A DNA stretch of 64,000 bases. Source: Mobula hypostoma. Its lineage: Eukaryota. Position numbers and translations under genes: made by a program. Positions 60,948 to 64,000 of the stretch are shown here, piece by piece. The stretch is taken from contig NC_086098.1 in assembly GCF_963921235.1 (NCBI RefSeq), positions 5,766,001 to 5,830,000 of the forward strand. Direction: 5' to 3'. Within the stretch, counting starts at the first letter, position 1. Each line of letters begins with the position of its first letter. The notes under the pieces were generated by a model, which saw only the letters and a program-made list of their open reading frames with translations, was not told the origin of the DNA and searched no databases.

Positions 60948-63900
60948 ACATAAGAACGTAAGAAATAGAAACAGGAGTAAGCCATCTGGCCCTTGAGCCT
61001 GCTCCACCATTCAATGAGATCATGGCTGATCTGTCCATGGACTCATCTCCACCTACCCGCCTTTTCCCCATAACCCTTAATTCCCTTACCATGCAAAAAT
61101 CTATCCAACCTTGTCTTAAATATACTTACTGAGGTAGCCTCCACTTCTTCACTGGTCAGAGAGTTCCACAGATTAAACAGTCTCTGGGAAAAGCAGTTCC
61201 TCCTCATTTCCATCGTAAATCTACTCCCCTGAATCTTGAGGCTATGTCCCCAGGTTCTAGTCCCACCCACCAGTGGAAACAACTTGCCTGCATCTATCTT
61301 ATCTATACCTTTCAGAATGTTATATTCTTCTATAAGACCTCCTCTCATTCTTCTGAGTTGAAGAGAGTACAGTCCCAGGCAACTCAATCTCATCTTGTAG
61401 TCTAAACCCCTCATCTCTGGAATCAACCTAGTGAACCTCCTCTATAATGCCTCCAAATCCATTATATCCTTCCTCAAGTATGAAGACCAGAACTGCACAC
61501 AGTACTCCAGGTGCAACCTCAGCAACCCTGTACAGTTGCGGAATAACCTCCCTGCTCTTAAATTCAATCCCTCTAGCAATGAAGGCCAACGTACCATAAC
61601 CTGCTGCACCCACAAACCAACCTGCTGTGATTCATGCACAAGCACTCCCAAGTCCCTCTGCACAGCAGCATGCCGCAATCTTTTTACCAATTAAATAATA
61701 ATTTGCTCTTTCATCTTTCCTTCCAAAGTGGATGACCTCACATTTACCAACGTTGTACTCCATCTGCTAGACCCTTGTGCATTCACTTAACCTATCTATA
61801 TCTCTCTGCAGACTTTCCGTATCCTCTACATAATTTGCTTTTCCACTCAATTTAGTATCATCAGCAAACTTAGATACACTACACTAGATCCCTTCTCCCA
61901 GATCATTAATGTATATCGTGAACAGTTGCGGGCCCAGAACTGACCCCTGAGGCACACTGCTCACCACTGTTTGCCAAACAGTGTAACACCCATGTATCCC
62001 AATTATCTATTCATTAACCAGTCCTCTATACATCCTAATGTATCACCCCCAACTCTATGCATCCTTATCTTATGGATGTCTTTTATATGGCACCTTATCG
62101 AACACCTTCTTGAAATCCAAGTAAATAACGTCCATCAGTTCCCCTCTATCCACTGCTCTCATTATATTTTCAAAGAACCAGTAAGTTTGTCAAACAGGAT
62201 CTGCCTTTGCTGAATCCATGCTGCTTCTGCCTGATGGATCCATTTCTTTCCAGATGCCTCACTATTTCTTCTTTAATGATAGCTTCAAACATTTTCCGAC
62301 CTACACAGGTTAAACTAACTGGCCTATAGTTATCTGTCTTTTGCCTACACCCTTTTTTGAATAGTGGCGTGACGTTCACTGTCTTCCAATCTGGAGGGAC
62401 CTGCCCAGAGTCCAGAGAATTTTGGACCAAAATCACCAAAGCCTCTACTATAACTTCTGCCATTTCTTTCAGTAACCTGGGATGCATTCCATCAGGATGA
62501 GGGGACTTATTTATCTTCTGGCCCACAAGTTTGCTCTTTAGTTATAGCTATAGCATTGAGGTCCTCAGCTCCCATTGCATCCTTAACATCTCTCTTTAGG
62601 TGTCCTCCTCTGTGAAGACCAGCACAAAATAGATTCAGACTACTCAGCCATTTCCTCATTCCTCAGTATCAATTCACCCTCTCGTCCTCCAAGGGACCTA
62701 CATTCACTTTGGTCACCCCTTTCTGCTTTATATTATTATAAAAACTTTTACTCTGTTTGTATATCTGGTGCTAGTTTATTTTCACAATCTAGCTTTCCTT
62801 TCTTTACTGCCCGCTTAGTGGTACTTCGTTGCTTTTAAAAGTTTTCCCAATCTTCCTGTTTCCCACAACTCTTGGCGACTTTGTATGCGCAAGGTTTTAG
62901 TTTGATGCTTTATTTTCTTTCCTTAGTTATCCAAGGCTGGTTCTTCACACCCCTACTGTCCTTGCTTTTAACTGTGAAAAATCTCTTTAAAAGTCTTCCA
63001 CTGTTCCTCAACCATCTCACCATGTTCCGAGCCTGTGTTCCGAGACTACAGTGGCCAAATCCTCCCTCATCCCATTGTAGTCTCCATTGTTCAGATGTAA
63101 TACACTGGTTTTAGATTGAACTATTGCACCTCCATTTGTATGAGAAATTCAATTATACTGTGATCACCCTTTCCAAGAGGATCCCTAACTACAAGATCAC
63201 TAATTTTACCTGTCTTATTGCACAGGACCAGATCTAATATTGCACGCTCCCTTGTAAGTTCAGCAACATGCTGTTACAGAAAGCCATCATGATGTATTCT
63301 ATGAAGACCTCCTCAAGACTGCCTCAACCAACTTTATTCATCCAATCTATGTGCAAGTTGAAGTCCCCCATGAAAACTGCTGTTCCATTCTTACATGCCT
63401 CAGATATTTCTCTGTTTATTGCCTGTGCCTTTGTAATGTTGTTATTCAGTGGATGATAGACAACTCCCATCAATTATTTTTTTTCCCTTTACTATTCCTA
63501 ATTTCTACCCAGATGGATTCAACATTCTGCTCCTTAGATCTTATATCGTCTCTTTTGCCCTGATCTCATCTTTAATTAAGAGTGCTACTCCACCTCCCTT
63601 ACCTTCCTGCCTAACCTTCCGTATTAACTGATATTCTTGGATATTTAATTCCCAATCCTCTCCACCCTGCAACCACATCTCTGTAATGGCTACTAAATCA
63701 TACCTCTTTATACTGATTTGCACCTCAAGTTCACTGACCTTATTTCGAATACTACGAGCATTCAGATAAAGTGCCCTTACACTCATTTTGCTTTTAAAAT
63801 CTTGTAATCTTCTACTCTTTTGCATTTGACATTTCTTCACTCCACTCTTACTTTCCTCTTTGTCTTTTGCTTTTTCTTTATCTTTATCCACACTTTTCTT

Positions 63901-64000
63901 TTTCCTAATTTTACTTCTCCAATCTGTTGAACGCCACCCCCCCCCCCACCAACTTGCCGGTTTAAAGCCCTCTCCACAGCCCTAGTTATGTGATTCACTA
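60948..64000 (-). mobile_element. CR1 LINE ORF2, long decayed copy (endonuclease to 3' tail) with internal deletions
   Basis: LYLNARSIRNK..YDLVAITE.WL..GKGGGVALLIK; KSPHPDGMHPRLLKE..WKTVNVTPLFKKG..NYRPVSLT..QHGF.KGRSCLTNL; QRDLGVLVH; FSQRLFNLWNSL; tail at about 60950-60990. Runs off the window end. Confidence 0.93.

Overview
This is a repeat-dense, non-coding vertebrate window. The repeat repertoire (HE1/V-SINE-like SINEs, many CR1 subfamilies, Rex1/Babar, Penelope, HERO) suggests a cartilaginous fish, probably a ray; that is an inference. No recognisable host protein-coding gene is present, and almost every ORF in the track is a decayed mobile-element fragment. Main contents: a Tc1 element, a 3' fragment of a HERO (RLE-type) non-LTR element with a 39-copy 76-bp minisatellite inside its endonuclease region, many CR1 and Rex1/Babar fragments, a decayed two-LTR Gypsy element with nested Tx1 and CR1 insertions, an L1 fragment, Penelope fragments with hammerhead remnants, an RTE-derived element with a twister-like 5' end, several SINE families and a mariner-type MITE. 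A few repeat-free AT-rich islands resemble conserved non-coding elements. The most interesting observation is in the HERO 3' UTR (7721-7790): all three hammerhead-ribozyme core strands appear in a strand order that matches none of types I, II or III, with a compensatory U3-A8 core pair and a kink-turn motif on stem III. Boundaries of decayed repeats are approximate (about 10-30 bp) and were read by eye.
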